Shown here: piece after piece, positions 52,872 through 64,000 of the stretch
Layout: each line of letters opens with the position of its first letter
Numbering within the stretch: position 1 is the stretch's first letter
Origin: Anthoceros angustus
Taxonomy: Eukaryota; Plantae; Anthocerotophyta
Length of the DNA stretch: 64,000 bases
Assembly (NCBI GenBank): GCA_010909165.1
Contig: VJWM01000103.1
Coordinates: forward strand, 310,001 to 374,000
Direction: 5' to 3'
The notes under the pieces: generated by a model
Told to the model about the DNA's origin: nothing
What the model saw: only the letters and a program-made list of their open reading frames with translations
The model's database searches: none
Translations under genes and position numbers: made by a program

Positions 52872-55800
52872 TGTGGACCACGGACTCTTCCTTGGGGTAG
52901 GAAATGAGTTAGGTTTTGTTTTTTTTCGTAGGCGCGGAGTAGAAAATAAGGCGGAAAGGAAGAAATAAGTCCGGAGTATTCCGGACTGCACTACGGAGTA
53001 GGCAGAAGGACTCCGGAGTAGGCCGAGGGACTCCGGAGCACCCTCCGGAGGAGCTACGGACTACACTCTGAAGGGGGAGGAAAGTCCGGACCACACTCTG
53101 GAGTACCGGGGTAAGTCCGGACCACACTCCGGAGCAGGACGGGATAAGTACGCCAAGTAAAGTAACTTAGGAGTCGGAGCGTGTTTTAGACAGACGGGGC
53201 CACGTGGACGGTATTGAGAGGCGGATGGGCATGCAGCATCAGACCGAGGGGCCGCCATGGTCGTTATAGGCGGTATTCACGCCCGCACAGCAGGGCGATA
53301 AGGCTAGAGTACGCGGCGGCGTAAGGCCAGAGTAAGTGGAAGCGTAAGGCGGGAGTAAGCCATGCACCTCGGCGCCACGGCAAGAGACACCTCCCGCCAA
53401 AGAACTACTCCCGACGTCGCGGGCTGGAGGGAAGGCCATTTTTCTTCGTGACTTCGCGAGGCTCGCGCCCGCCTCCCAGCCTTTTGCACTATCTTTCGAG
53501 CGCCAGCACTCGCGCTCACCTTCGTGGTTGGAGCGGCAAACGCGGCGAAGGGGGAGCAGATTGTTACGACACAATCACCAACAGCGGAGCAAGAAGGACG
53601 CGGCGATGGGACCCAAGAAGGCAGCGGAGGTATGGGAGCCCTGACGCTTGGTGGAGCGCAACATTGTCACCAGGAGATACCCCGACTTCGGACCCTGGCT
53701 GGAGGAAGCAGAAGAACTGGTGGAGAAATGGCACTTAGACATCTTCATGTTTGACGCTCGACGGCCACGCCGCCGAGAATACGCCAGAAGATGCCGCCGT
53801 CACAACAAAGAGGTTCGCTCCAAAAGCTTGAGGGAGGACCCTAGGAGGTGGACCGTGGAGGTCCTGAGGGCGGTTTACAACCGCCCGGTGGAGGAAATTG
53901 GGGGTGTAGTCCCGGAGCCCCTCAAGGTGAGAGAGAAGGTGGAAGGCGGAGGCGGAAGCGCCAAGAAGAAGGCGGAGTCCTCGCCAACGGCCGTCCAACG
54001 GCCGGTCAATTGCCACCTGGATAGGCGGGTGAGAGTAGTGGCTAAGGTCATTGTCCATTGGAACATGCTCACCAAGGTGGATCACCTTGGTGACAATCTT
54101 CTGGTGTTCCTGCACGCCCTACAGCGGGGCAAACGGGACGACTGGGGGCGTATTATCTTCACCCGGATCAACCAGGAGGCCAGGAAGCTACGGAGTGAGA
54201 AGCCCCCTCTGTCAGCACTGTCGCCTTTCCTCATCCATGTATGGGGACACCTCAACCTCCTGAAGGAGGGAGAAGAGGAGGCGCCCAAGCGCCAAGAAGA
54301 AGGCGGAGGCGGCCCACCGAGGTAGAGCATGAAGGAGCGAAGGCGCCAGAGGCGGAGGCCCGACCTCCTAAGGCCAAACGGGCCCGGGAGGAAGATGATT
54401 GAGAGGGGATTCCGGACTCCATTCGACTGGAACGGACACCCTCGCCGCCCCGAGAGGTATGGGAGGATATCCCTGCCTCCCTCCTTCTGGTTCCGGAGGC
54501 GGAGGTGCCCGCACCGGACGGAGCACTTACGGGAAGGAGCCGCCGCGACGCCTACCGCCAAAGAACCCACCACAGCCCAGTGAGCCGACGAGGCGAGTCG
54601 TCAAGAGGCGGAAAGTGGCTCCTGCCAACGAAGCGCCAAGGAGCGCACCAGTTCCTCTGCCCCTACCCACGGAGTGGCAGGAGGCGGAGGAAGCAGTAAG
54701 GAGAGCGGAGAGGGACGCCGCCCAAGGTGCAGGGGGGCACTGGCAGCAGCCACATACGGAGCCCGTCCTGTCTTCGACAAGAAAGGGAAACGCGCCAGCT
54801 CCCGGACCCCCTCACCGCCACCGAGCCCAAAACGAAGGCGCGCGGAGAAGGAGTTAGCGGCCAAACGGGCCAAGGAGGTGGAAGGGGACCAGGGCACTCA
54901 GGACCTGAGGGTCCTGATCAGGTCCGGAGAGCCAAGTCCGGACTCACTCCCGATCAAGGTCCCGTGACGGACCCTTGCTCGTCAGGCGGCGACCCGACGC
55001 CGACGGACCGGGAGATGCCCGCACCCACGACGGACTTCTTGGGTGCCTCGCCAACTGTGGCCGTGGAAGAGACACGGCGAGTCCTGGCAAACGTCATGGA
55101 CGGTATGCTCTGGGACCTCTGCGGGACGGCAGAGAAGATCCAGGAAGTAGAGGCCACTCGAAGGCGCATGGTGCTCCTCCAGGAGCAGGTGGAGGCGGCC
55201 CAAGCGGCCAAGAAGAAGGCGGAGTCCCTCGCTCGAATCGAGGAAGAGAAGCGTCGGGAAGCGGAGCGGGAGGTCCGGTCTGTTCAGCAAGACCGGACCA
55301 AGGTCCTTCAGCTGTGCGAGCAGCTGAAGCAGGCACAGGAGGCCAAGGCCCGGGCAGAGGACCTCTGCAGACGGCGGGAAGCGGCGCAGGGGGAGTTGGA
55401 GGAAGCCCGAAGACAGGCGGAGCGGGCTCGAGACCTGGCCGAGGCGGCTCGGCAGGAACAACACCAAGCCGCAGAAGCTCAGGTGAAGGCGGCGCGGGAG
55501 GCGGAAGCCGCGGCTAAGACCGACCGTGATCATTACCGGCGAGATCGAAACCGGTGGAGGGAAACGGTGACGCCCGCTGCTAACTCAAGGCGAGCAGGGG
55601 CACTGAGGCCTCAAATGTGCGAAGAGAAAGAGGCCAGCAACAAGGAGATGGAGGATCTCCGCCCGGGCCTATGGAGTGGAGGAACGGCGGAGATGGAAGA
55701 TCAAGAGGAGACCTTGAGCCGCAGCCCAAGACACAATCGAGCGAACGGGGTTTCTTGGGCGTGATCGGCGATCACGAGCGGGAGATAGAGCGACTCCAGC

Positions 55801-57089
55801 TCTGTTGGAGGGCGGAGGAGGTAAGGCGATGGAACAAGGAGCAGGACGTCGCCGAAATGGAGAAGGACCTGGACGAAGCACGAAATTGGGCAGAGTTGCC
55901 GGACCGCCTTGAGAGGGAGATGGCGGAGCTGTGCCGGATGAACGGGGAGCAAGGGCCTGGACGAGAAAGAGGCCGCTGGTCCAGCTTGAGGAAGGCGGAG
56001 GAGCGCCGCGCCATGGCGAAGGCGGAGGCGGAGGAGGTAAGGCGATGGAACAAGGAGCCGGATCAGTGGAGCAGCAATGGGCAATGGCAGGAAGTACTGA
56101 GGCCTCCCTCGTGGCCTCGCGAGATTCCGCCTGCCCAACGGACGAACTGGCAAGAGACGGGCCAAGAAGCTCTGGACAAGACGCCACCGCCGAGCACCTA
56201 TGGCGAAGAGAGTATCGGGTGCTCCGGGCGCATGTGGAAGAGGCAATCCAGCAAATCGACTCGGATTTTGCCTACTACCACGCTGAGCTTCTCAAGGCTT
56301 TTGAAGCTTCTCGGCACCCGCTACAACTGGACGGACCTCCGGAAGGGTCAAAAGGAGTGGATGGAGAAGAAGGGCACGGGGACAGCACTGGGGCCTTGGT
56401 GGCCTTGTTCGGTGACGACGGCAGCGGTGCAGAGGAGCCTCAGGAGGAGCAGACGTAACAGGCCTTGAGGTAAGTCAGCCGCAACCAGCAAGTATCTTTC
56501 TCTTGGGGTGGAAACCGCGTTTCGTTGTAGACCCTTGTGCGTCTTTGCTAACGAGAGTCCTGAGTCATCGAGCGACCTCAGAGAGATCGATCAAGGTCCC
56601 GTGACGGACCCTAACGTGTGGTGGTGTGTGGGTGGACGATCGAGACCCTTGCTCGTCAGGCGGCGACCGACGCCGACGGACCGGAAAGCGTGAGCTTGGG
56701 AACTCCGGGAAGGCGTGAAGAGCCCGGACGGAGAGGCCCGGCGGAACGACGGAGGAGGTCCGAGCCACGCAGCCCACCCACTCTTTTTCCAAGAACGATG
56801 AGTGTATTGAGAGGAGTGAGAAGAACGGACTAGACGGATGAGGGACGGATCGATGCGAATGATGCTGAGTCCTTAAACGCGTTTGGCCGCACCGGCCCGT
56901 TTTGGACGCAGAGTGGTTAGTCGTAGAATTGTGCACGCGCGCGCTCAGGTCCAAACGGTCGCGACGTGGGGTAAGAATCGGTCGAAAACGTGTCAAACGG
57001 AGCCTATCATTCTCTTGGGAACGGACCCCTTGCTATAACGACACGGGATTGTGCGCGTCCGGCTGGCCGTCACCGAAAGTCGTGCCACA
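52872..57089 (+). mobile_element. 4.2-kb TG...CA element with 5-bp TSD (ACTTG); solo-LTR-like or non-autonomous, carrying a decayed ORF with a coiled-coil region
   Basis: acttg|TGTGGACCACGGACT...AGTCGTGCCACA|acttg. Internal reading frames 53606-56460 are broken by stops and frameshifts. No RT/IN motifs were seen. Confidence 0.72.
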
Positions 57090-57300
57090 ACTTGCCACCA
57101 AGCTTGCAATTCTACTATGCTGACACAAAGACACTTAAGAAGCTTGGTTCTGCAGGACTAAGCTTCTCACTCAAATGAGTGATGGCTTGCCACCAAACTT
57201 GCGATTCTACTGCGTTGACACCAAGACACTTGAGAAGCTTGGTTCTAAGTGTTGGCTTGCCACCAAGCTTACGATTGTACTACGTTGACACACTACGAGA
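57090..57300. repeat. About 65-bp degenerate satellite (cttgccaccaagcttgc.attctact...gacacttaagaagctt), also at 52675-52860
   Basis: The same unit lies on both sides of the 52872-57089 insertion. Confidence 0.75.
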
Positions 57301-57825
57301 AGTGAAAAGTTATGACGGAAGGAGGCGCTCACCCGATGGTAGGGTACTTTTGCTAGGGTATTTTGTTGGTTGTGACTTAGCTCCTCATGTATGTCTTTTG
57401 CTCTTGAGTACTATAGATCAAGGGGCCACGATGTAGCTAGCAAATTAAACATCTTGGGCAATAGCTCAAGAAGAATGGTGGAAATGGTTGCACATATAGC
57501 CACAAATTAAACATCTTGGGCAATAGCTCGAGAGGAACGATGGAAATGGTTGCACATAATCCTCGCCGTGATGCGGTGATTGAGTGCAAGGAACCCCGTG
57601 GTATCGAAGGTAGGGGCGCGACTAGCACATAGTAAAGAGTGATACATATATGGTCCCATAATGATCTACTTTGAACCTGGCGCGATGTGTGTAAGGGCGT
57701 TTAGAACGACCATGCCAATGTGGCACCGGTCACCAAGTACTTGTTGTTTTGACTCACCACACTTAGGTGATTTTGACCTCGGCCAAATAAATAGATAAAT
57801 GAAATTCATTAGATTTTGTGGTAGG

Positions 57826-60417
57826 TGGATGAACGGGGAGCAAGGGGCCTGGGCGTAGAAAAGAGGCCGCTGGTCCAGTTGAGGAAGGCGGAGGGGGAGA
57901 GCTGCGCCATGGCGGGGAAGCGCAGGCGGAAACGAAGGAGGCTGGATCAGTGGAGCAGGCGAGGAATGTGAGGCCTCCCTCGTGGCCTCGCGAGATTCCG
58001 CCTGCCCAACGGACGAACTGGCAGAGAGGGCAGGCCGGCAGACGTCACCGCCGAGCACCTATGGCGAAGAGAGTATCGGGTGCTCGGGCGATGTGGAAGA
58101 GGCAATCCAAAGAATCGACTCGGATTTTGCCTACTACCACGCTGAGCTTCTCAAGGCTTTTGAAGCTTCTCGGCACCCGCGAGACGGACCTCGGAAGGGT
58201 CAAAAGGAGTGGATGGAGAAGAAGGGCACGGGATCGGGGCCTTGGTGGCCTTGTTCGGTGGCAACAACGTGGCAGAGGAGCCTCGGGAGGAGCGTGAGGC
58301 CTTGAGGTAAGTCGGCCGCAACCAAGTATCTTCTCTTGGGGTGGATACCGCGTTTCGTTGTAGACCCTTGTGCGTCTTTTGCTAACGTGAGTCCTGAGTC
58401 ACTGAGCAGGCACGACAGCTCCGGAGAGACTGATCAAGGTCCTGGTGACGGACCCTAACGTGTGGTGGTGTGTGCAGGGGTGGACGATCGGGGACCCTTG
58501 CTCGTCCAGAGCAGCGGCCCGACGTCGGACGGACCGGAACGCGTGAGCTGGGGAACTCCGGGAAGGCGTGAAGAGCCCGGACGGAGAGGCCCGGCGGAAC
58601 GACGGAGGAGGTCCGAGCCACGCAGCCCACCCACTCTTTTTCCAAGAACGATGAGTGTATTGAGAGGAGTGAGAAGAACGGACTAGACGGACGAGGGACG
58701 GACTGATCGGGTACGGACGCGAACGAGTCCTTAAACGTTTGGCCGCACCGGGCCTGTTCGGTGGACGTTAAGAGTGGTTAGTCGTAGAATTGTGCACGCG
58801 CGCGCTCGGGTCCAAACGGTCGCGACGTGGGGTAAGAATCGGTCGAAAACGTGTCAAACGGAGCCTATCATTCTCTTGGGAACGGACCCCTTGCTATAAC
58901 GACACGGGATTGTGCGTCCGGGGCCACCGAAAGTCGTGCCACAACTTGCCACCAAGCTTGCAATTCTACTATCGACACAAAGACACTTAAGAAGCTTGGT
59001 TACAGACTAAGCTTCTCACTCAAATGAGTGATGGCTTGCCACCAAACTTGCGATTCTCTGCTGACACCAAGACACTTGAGAAGCTTGGTTCTAAGTGTTG
59101 GCTTGCCACCAAGCTTACGATTGTACTACGTTGACACACCACGAGAAGTGAAAAGTTATGACGGAAGGAGGCGCTCACCCGATGGTAGGGTACTTTTGCT
59201 AGGGTATTTTGTTGGTTGTGACTTAGCTCCTCATGTATGTCTTTTGCTCTTGAGTACTATAGATCAAGGGGCCACGATGTAGCTAGCAAATTAAACATCT
59301 TGGGCAATAGCTCAAGAAGAATGGTGGAAATGGTTGCACATATAGCCACAAATTAAACATCTTGGGCAATAGCTCGAGAACGATGAGTGTATTGAGAGGA
59401 GTGAGAAGAACGGACTAGACGGATGAGGGACGGATCGACGGTAACGGATGCTAACGAGTCCTTAAACGCTTTGGCCTGTTCGGTGGACGTTAAGAGTGGT
59501 TAGTCGTAGAATTGTGCACGCGCGCGCTCAGGTCCAAACGGTCGCGACGTGGGGTAAGAATCGGCCGAAACGTGTCAAACGAGCCTATCATTCTCTTGGG
59601 AACGGACCTTGCTATAACGACACGGATTGTGCGCTGTCCGTCGTCATCAAAGTCGTGCCACAACTTGCCACCAAGCTTGCAATTCTACTATCGACACAAA
59701 GACACTTAAGAAGCTTGGTTCTGCAGGACTAAGCTTCTCACTCAAATGAGTGATGGCTTGCCACCAAACTTGCGATTCTACTGCGTTGACACCAAGACAC
59801 TTGAGAAGCTTGGTTCTAAGTGTTGGCTTGCCACCAAGCTTACGATTGTACTACGTTGACACACTACGAGAAGTGAAAAGTTATGACGGAAGGAGGCGCT
59901 CACCACCGGGCTGATGGTAGGGTACTTTTGCTAGGGTATTTTTGTTGGTTGTGACTTAGCTCCTCATGTATGTCTTTTTGCTCTTGAGTACTATAGATCA
60001 AGGGGGCCCTGATGTAGCTAGCAAATTAAACATCTTGGGCAATAGCTCAAGAAGAATGGTGGAAATGGTTGCACATATAGCCACAAATTAAACATCTTGG
60101 GCAATAGCTCGAGAGGAACGATGGAAATGGTTGCACATAATCCTCAGTCGTGATGCGGTGATTGAGTGTGCAGTGGAACCCCGTGGTATCAGAAGGTAGG
60201 GGCGTGCCAAGCGACTAGCACATAGTAAAGAGTGATACATATATGGTCCCATAATGATCTACTTTGAACCTGGCGCGATGTGTGTAAGGGCGTTTAGAAC
60301 GACCATGCCAATGTGGCACCGGTCACCAAGTACTTGTTGTTTTGACTCACCACACTTAGGTGATTTTGACCTCGGCCAAATAAATAGATAAATGAAATTC
60401 ATTAGATTTTGTGGTAG
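57826..60417. repeat. Error-rich tandem re-duplication of about 55936-57825, in two overlapping pieces
   Basis: 57826-59378 copies about 55936-57530. 59379-60417 copies about 56793-57825, joined through gaacgatg microhomology. Confidence 0.85.
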
Positions 60418-60915
60418 GCGGGATGAAGCCAGGTTTTAGGCCAGTATACATGCGAAGTGGCCGTTATGGACACTTCGGCAGGACACGGCGCATAATTTCT
60501 CATAATGTTTTGCAGTTATTCTTCATTTTATTGCGGAGTATATAGAAAGATGTCTCTTTCGGTAACATAGGGGTGTCGGCAGTGGGCCGTTTGGGACAAA
60601 TATCCATGCGCCCCAGAAATATCATCTCCATGCGCCCCTTTCTTCATATTTCCGTCCCATCTCCATGTGCTCCCTCTCTATCCTCCCGTCCCATCTCTAC
60701 GCGCCCCATAAACGAGAACAGGGGAACATACGGAATAATCATATGCTGGCTTCTTACCTTCATCAAGCCCCGACTGTCGAGAGTGAAAGACTTAGCTGCA
60801 AAATCTGTTTGAAGCCGTCCTCTTGTGCGGAAAGCTCATTCTTCGGAACTGCTCATGTATGCACATACGTATCTACACTCAACAGAAGGTTCTGCTTTTG
60901 GGTTGAATTTTGTAG

Positions 60916-61722
60916 GAGTAGCGAAATCCTGAACACCGTGCCGGCGGAAGCCGTGCAAAATGTGCTACGGGCGTCGTCGCTGGCGGGGCGTGAGGACGTC
61001 CCATCCGTGTCCGGGTTCGAGTTCAACGATGGGCTGGACCACGCGGTTTTGCTGCAGGCTATGCATCACACTGGCTTCCAGGCGTCGCAGCTGGGGAGGG
61101 CGGTGCAGGAGGTCAACCGCTTGCTGGACTGGAGGCTGAGCGACGAGCCTGTGGAGGAGAGCAGCCAGGCGGCCAGATCGGGAACTGGGTGGTGCTCAAC
61201 GACAATTACTGCAAGTTCCAAGACTGGGTGATGCCGGTGCTGGACAGGCTGCTGGCCGAGCAGAGGGAGCGGGGGTGCTGTGGGCGCCTTCCAAGGTGTT
61301 TGCCAGGCTGGGCAGGGAGATTGACAACCCTAGTTCCAGTCTGTATTGGGCTGAGAGGAACGGCGTCCCGGTGTTCTGCCCTGATGTCGACATTGTGTAG
61401 GATATAGCGCGGATGAACGGCGAGGCTGGACGCTGCCCCGCGCAAGATCGGCTTCATCGTGCTCGGAGGCGGCTTGCCCAAGTACCATTTCTGCAACGCT
61501 AACCTGACGAGGAACGGTGCGGATTTTTCCGTCTTCATCAACACTTTGCGGGAGTATGCTTCTCCGGACGAAGCCGGGTCGTGGGGGAAAATCCGTGGCT
61601 CTGCCAAGCCGATTAAGTTGCATTGTGACGCCGCCATCGCCTTGCCTTTCCTGGTTGCTCAGACCTCCGTTCGAAGAGTACTGCGGGAGCAGGCGCGGCG
61701 GCAGGAAGCCCCTAAACCCTAA
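60916..61722 (+). pseudogene. DHS: Intronless deoxyhypusine synthase pseudogene with internal deletions
   Basis: [45 protein letters not shown] and [10 protein letters not shown]. Frameshifts, a stop and missing central segments. Confidence 0.88.
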
Positions 61723-61959
61723 GCCCTTCAAGTTTGAGCTTTAGGGCTTTATCCGGAGCGCAAAATCCAGGAGAAGTTGCGCCCAAATACTATGCAATTC
61801 CAGTTCTACCTCCCCGCCGCTCGAGAATCAAAGAGCGGATGCCGCTCTGGATGAGGGCTGCAGGGTCATGCGGTACTGCTGTGGAATTCCTCGATAGCTG
61901 CAGATTCGGGTACTGCTGTGGAATTCCTTGATAGCTGCCAATTCGGGTAAGGATCAGGA

Positions 61960-62400
61960 GGCCTTAGGTGTCGGCAGTGCTGTGCGAACAGACTACAATG
62001 CCTTCATCCGCGTCTGTGACATTTGTGTACGTGCTGCAAGTTTGTGTGATTCTGGTCCCCAACCGCGTCATGCAGTGTCATATGCAAGGATTTGACGCTG
62101 ATAGGGTTGTAAGTCATGGCTCGGCAGACATGTGTTCACTTTGGTGAAAGGGTACACGACGCACAGGCTGATGAAACGGTCACTTGGAGTACCGTAACTG
62201 CAGGATACTGTCAGCAAGGCGTATGCCAAGGGTTGGCAACCCAGCGTTGGAGGAGCCTGACCTGTATAGTGCTGTGGGACAGGGAAGGATTTCTGAGGCC
62301 TGCTACGGCAGGCGGGAAGATTGAAATGGTGTAACAGTAGCTTGGAGGGTACTTGCTGCATGCCTTGTCACATCCTTTACTCGGTGTGGGATAGCTTGCA
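61960..62400 (+). pseudogene. Highly degenerate PPR fragment
   Basis: Remnants such as ETVTWSTVTAGYCQQG and VTFVYVLQ. Confidence 0.5.
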
Positions 62401-62489
62401 CGAGAGCCAGAGCTGCAAAATGGAGCCACTGTCATGGGAAATATCGGGCCTGCAGTTTCCTAGTCACGGCTGCTTACCCAGGTCTCTCA

Positions 62490-63400
62490 GCAAGTGTGTG
62501 TGTGTTCTATGGGAGACAGGAGATCGAAGACAGGGTCAGGGCCAAGACGGAGCACTCGGGATGTTGCACCCGGACAAGCGCAGTCTTCATTCAGCTGGGG
62601 TCGCAGACTCAACAGAAGCGAAATACGATCTTCAACGGAACTCACAACACTTCGATGCAGCAAGCTCTGGTACCTCCCGTTGCTGATGAACTGGTGCCAT
62701 GGAAGTCCATGGGCGTCAGTTAAAGGGGCTCCCACAAGCAAGCAGAGAGTGCCTGAAAGCACCATCCCCCAACGTTGACAACGAGAGCCCCAGGCGCGGG
62801 ATGGATGGTGAGCCGCTCCCCGTTGTGCAAGATCTGGAGCCCTGGCAGACCGTTAGTCTGTTGCAGGCTGTTGATGCCGCTGGCATCTGCATGGGCGTTC
62901 AGGCTGCGCACGTTCGATGGCCGTGCACACGGCGGGTAACAGTTCCTGGATACTGCGCAAATGTCGCACACCTCCTCCAAGCAGGAGGCGGAAGCCCCAG
63001 ATTCCGGCTCACAATCTTGAACAGAAGCGACCCCACCTCGGCAGATGTGTGCCACATCACAATCCTTGGTCTGCACGACATCCATGGCCAATATCACCTA
63101 GGCTTTGAGCAGCCGCTCAGATGCTCTGTAAGCCAGGGGGCCCGAGTGGGAACCTGTAGTCAGGAGGCTGTTGAGGCCATTCGTGGAGAGGAGAATATCG
63201 GCAGAGAGAGGAGGACATCGGTAGAATCTGTTGCGCAAATATCAGGATTGGTGGCCTTTGCCTGCGTATCAAGTTTGGTGGCCAATGACAATGCCCGGAG
63301 AGCGGAAGTATCAACTGACCACAAGTTGTGTGGCTGACACCTTGCCGATGCCAATTCCCATCTGTATATTATTGGTTGTCTCACTATCTCTTGCACACAT
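62490..63400 (-). pseudogene. 2OG-Fe(II) dioxygenase pseudogene, paralog of 42975-44452
   Basis: NCYPPCARPS..LNAHADASG..PGLQILHNGE..PGALVVNVG and ISNGRYQSLLHRSVVSSVEDRISLL in shifting frames. Confidence 0.85.
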
Positions 63401-63746
63401 CATCATCTCTGACTGAGAACAGGTTGGGTGGCGGGGGCACCTGGAGCCTGTGCCTCAGAACGTGCCGCTAGGGTCGTTTCTAGAACTGCGCGCGTAACCT
63501 GCTTGCACTGCGAGCCTTGGAATCTGGACTTGTCGATGCTTGTTGGAAGGGCGATATCGCTAAATATACTTGTGGTTCCGATTTTAGACTTCTCCCTCCG
63601 GCACTGTCCCGAAATTTTCCTTGTCGCCTAAAGTATAAGATTCGGTCCCGGAATGAGCATTGTTAAAGCCTGCAAGAGCCGAGAAGCGCGAGGGCCTCCC
63701 GGAAGCTGGCTTGTAATTCTGGTGCAGGCCTGCGACCTCGAGGGAA

Positions 63747-64000
63747 ATGGCCCCTGACGTTTCCCAACTCTGCAGGTTGCAGCCTGATGAGGGTAAGGAG
63801 TTGCCGCTGGAGTTCTTCCAGAAGGCGCCAGTGCAGTTCATCGCCGAGAAGGGGGAAGTGCCTGCTTGTTTCCTGCAGGCTGAGCCAATAGATTTCGACG
63901 CTTCGGCCAAGAAGGAAGTGCCGATCGTCGATCTCTCAGGCTACTACAGCGGTGATGAGGCGGCTAAGCAGGATGTGCGCGCTCGCATCGCGTCCGCATG
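63747..64000 (+). CDS. 2OG-Fe(II) dioxygenase, 5' part (runs off the window)
   Basis: MAPDVSQLCRLQPDEGKELPLEFFQKAPVQFIAEKGEVPACFL..EVPIVDLSGY is a close match to the N-terminus of the 44452 gene. Confidence 0.88.
   Translation, partial: MAPDVSQLCRLQPDEGKELPLEFFQKAPVQFIAEKGEVPACFLQAEPIDFDASAKKEVPIVDLSGYYSGDEAAKQDVRARIASA

Overview
Gene-dense nuclear DNA of a land plant with short GT-AG introns. It is most likely a hornwort such as Anthoceros; this is inferred from a PLS-PPR protein with a DYW:KP/'GRP' terminus, the compact introns and the gene density. Intact genes, in order: SHOC1-like meiotic gene (5' end outside the window), DUF1499 thylakoid-lumen protein, CYP71-clan P450, intronless tryptophan synthase beta paralog, tRNA-Ile(AAT), PPR-DYW:KP editing factor, R3HCC1L-like protein, class III peroxidase, ClpP5, DLDG1/CemA-like protein, SF3B4, intronless SYP13 syntaxin, mitochondrial ATP synthase subunit f, and two 2OG-Fe(II) dioxygenases. 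Relics include PPR, P450, 2OGD and deoxyhypusine synthase pseudogenes, CRE-type LINE and Harbinger fragments, a foldback element, minisatellites, and a 4.2-kb TG..CA element with a 5-bp TSD and no gag-pol. The best candidates for novelty are: (1) the candidate U-to-C editing PPR, which carries an N-terminal OSB 'PDF' ssDNA-binding motif; (2) the TSB paralog with a remodelled alpha-subunit communication helix, near atypical oxidative enzymes; (3) the ORF-bearing solo-LTR-like element; (4) an AT-rich intronless SYP13/ATP-f island. Three tandem duplications differ from their templates mainly at CAG/CTG sites and homopolymers, which suggests long-read consensus error at methylated DNA. Exon boundaries and family calls were made by eye from remembered motifs; no searches were run.
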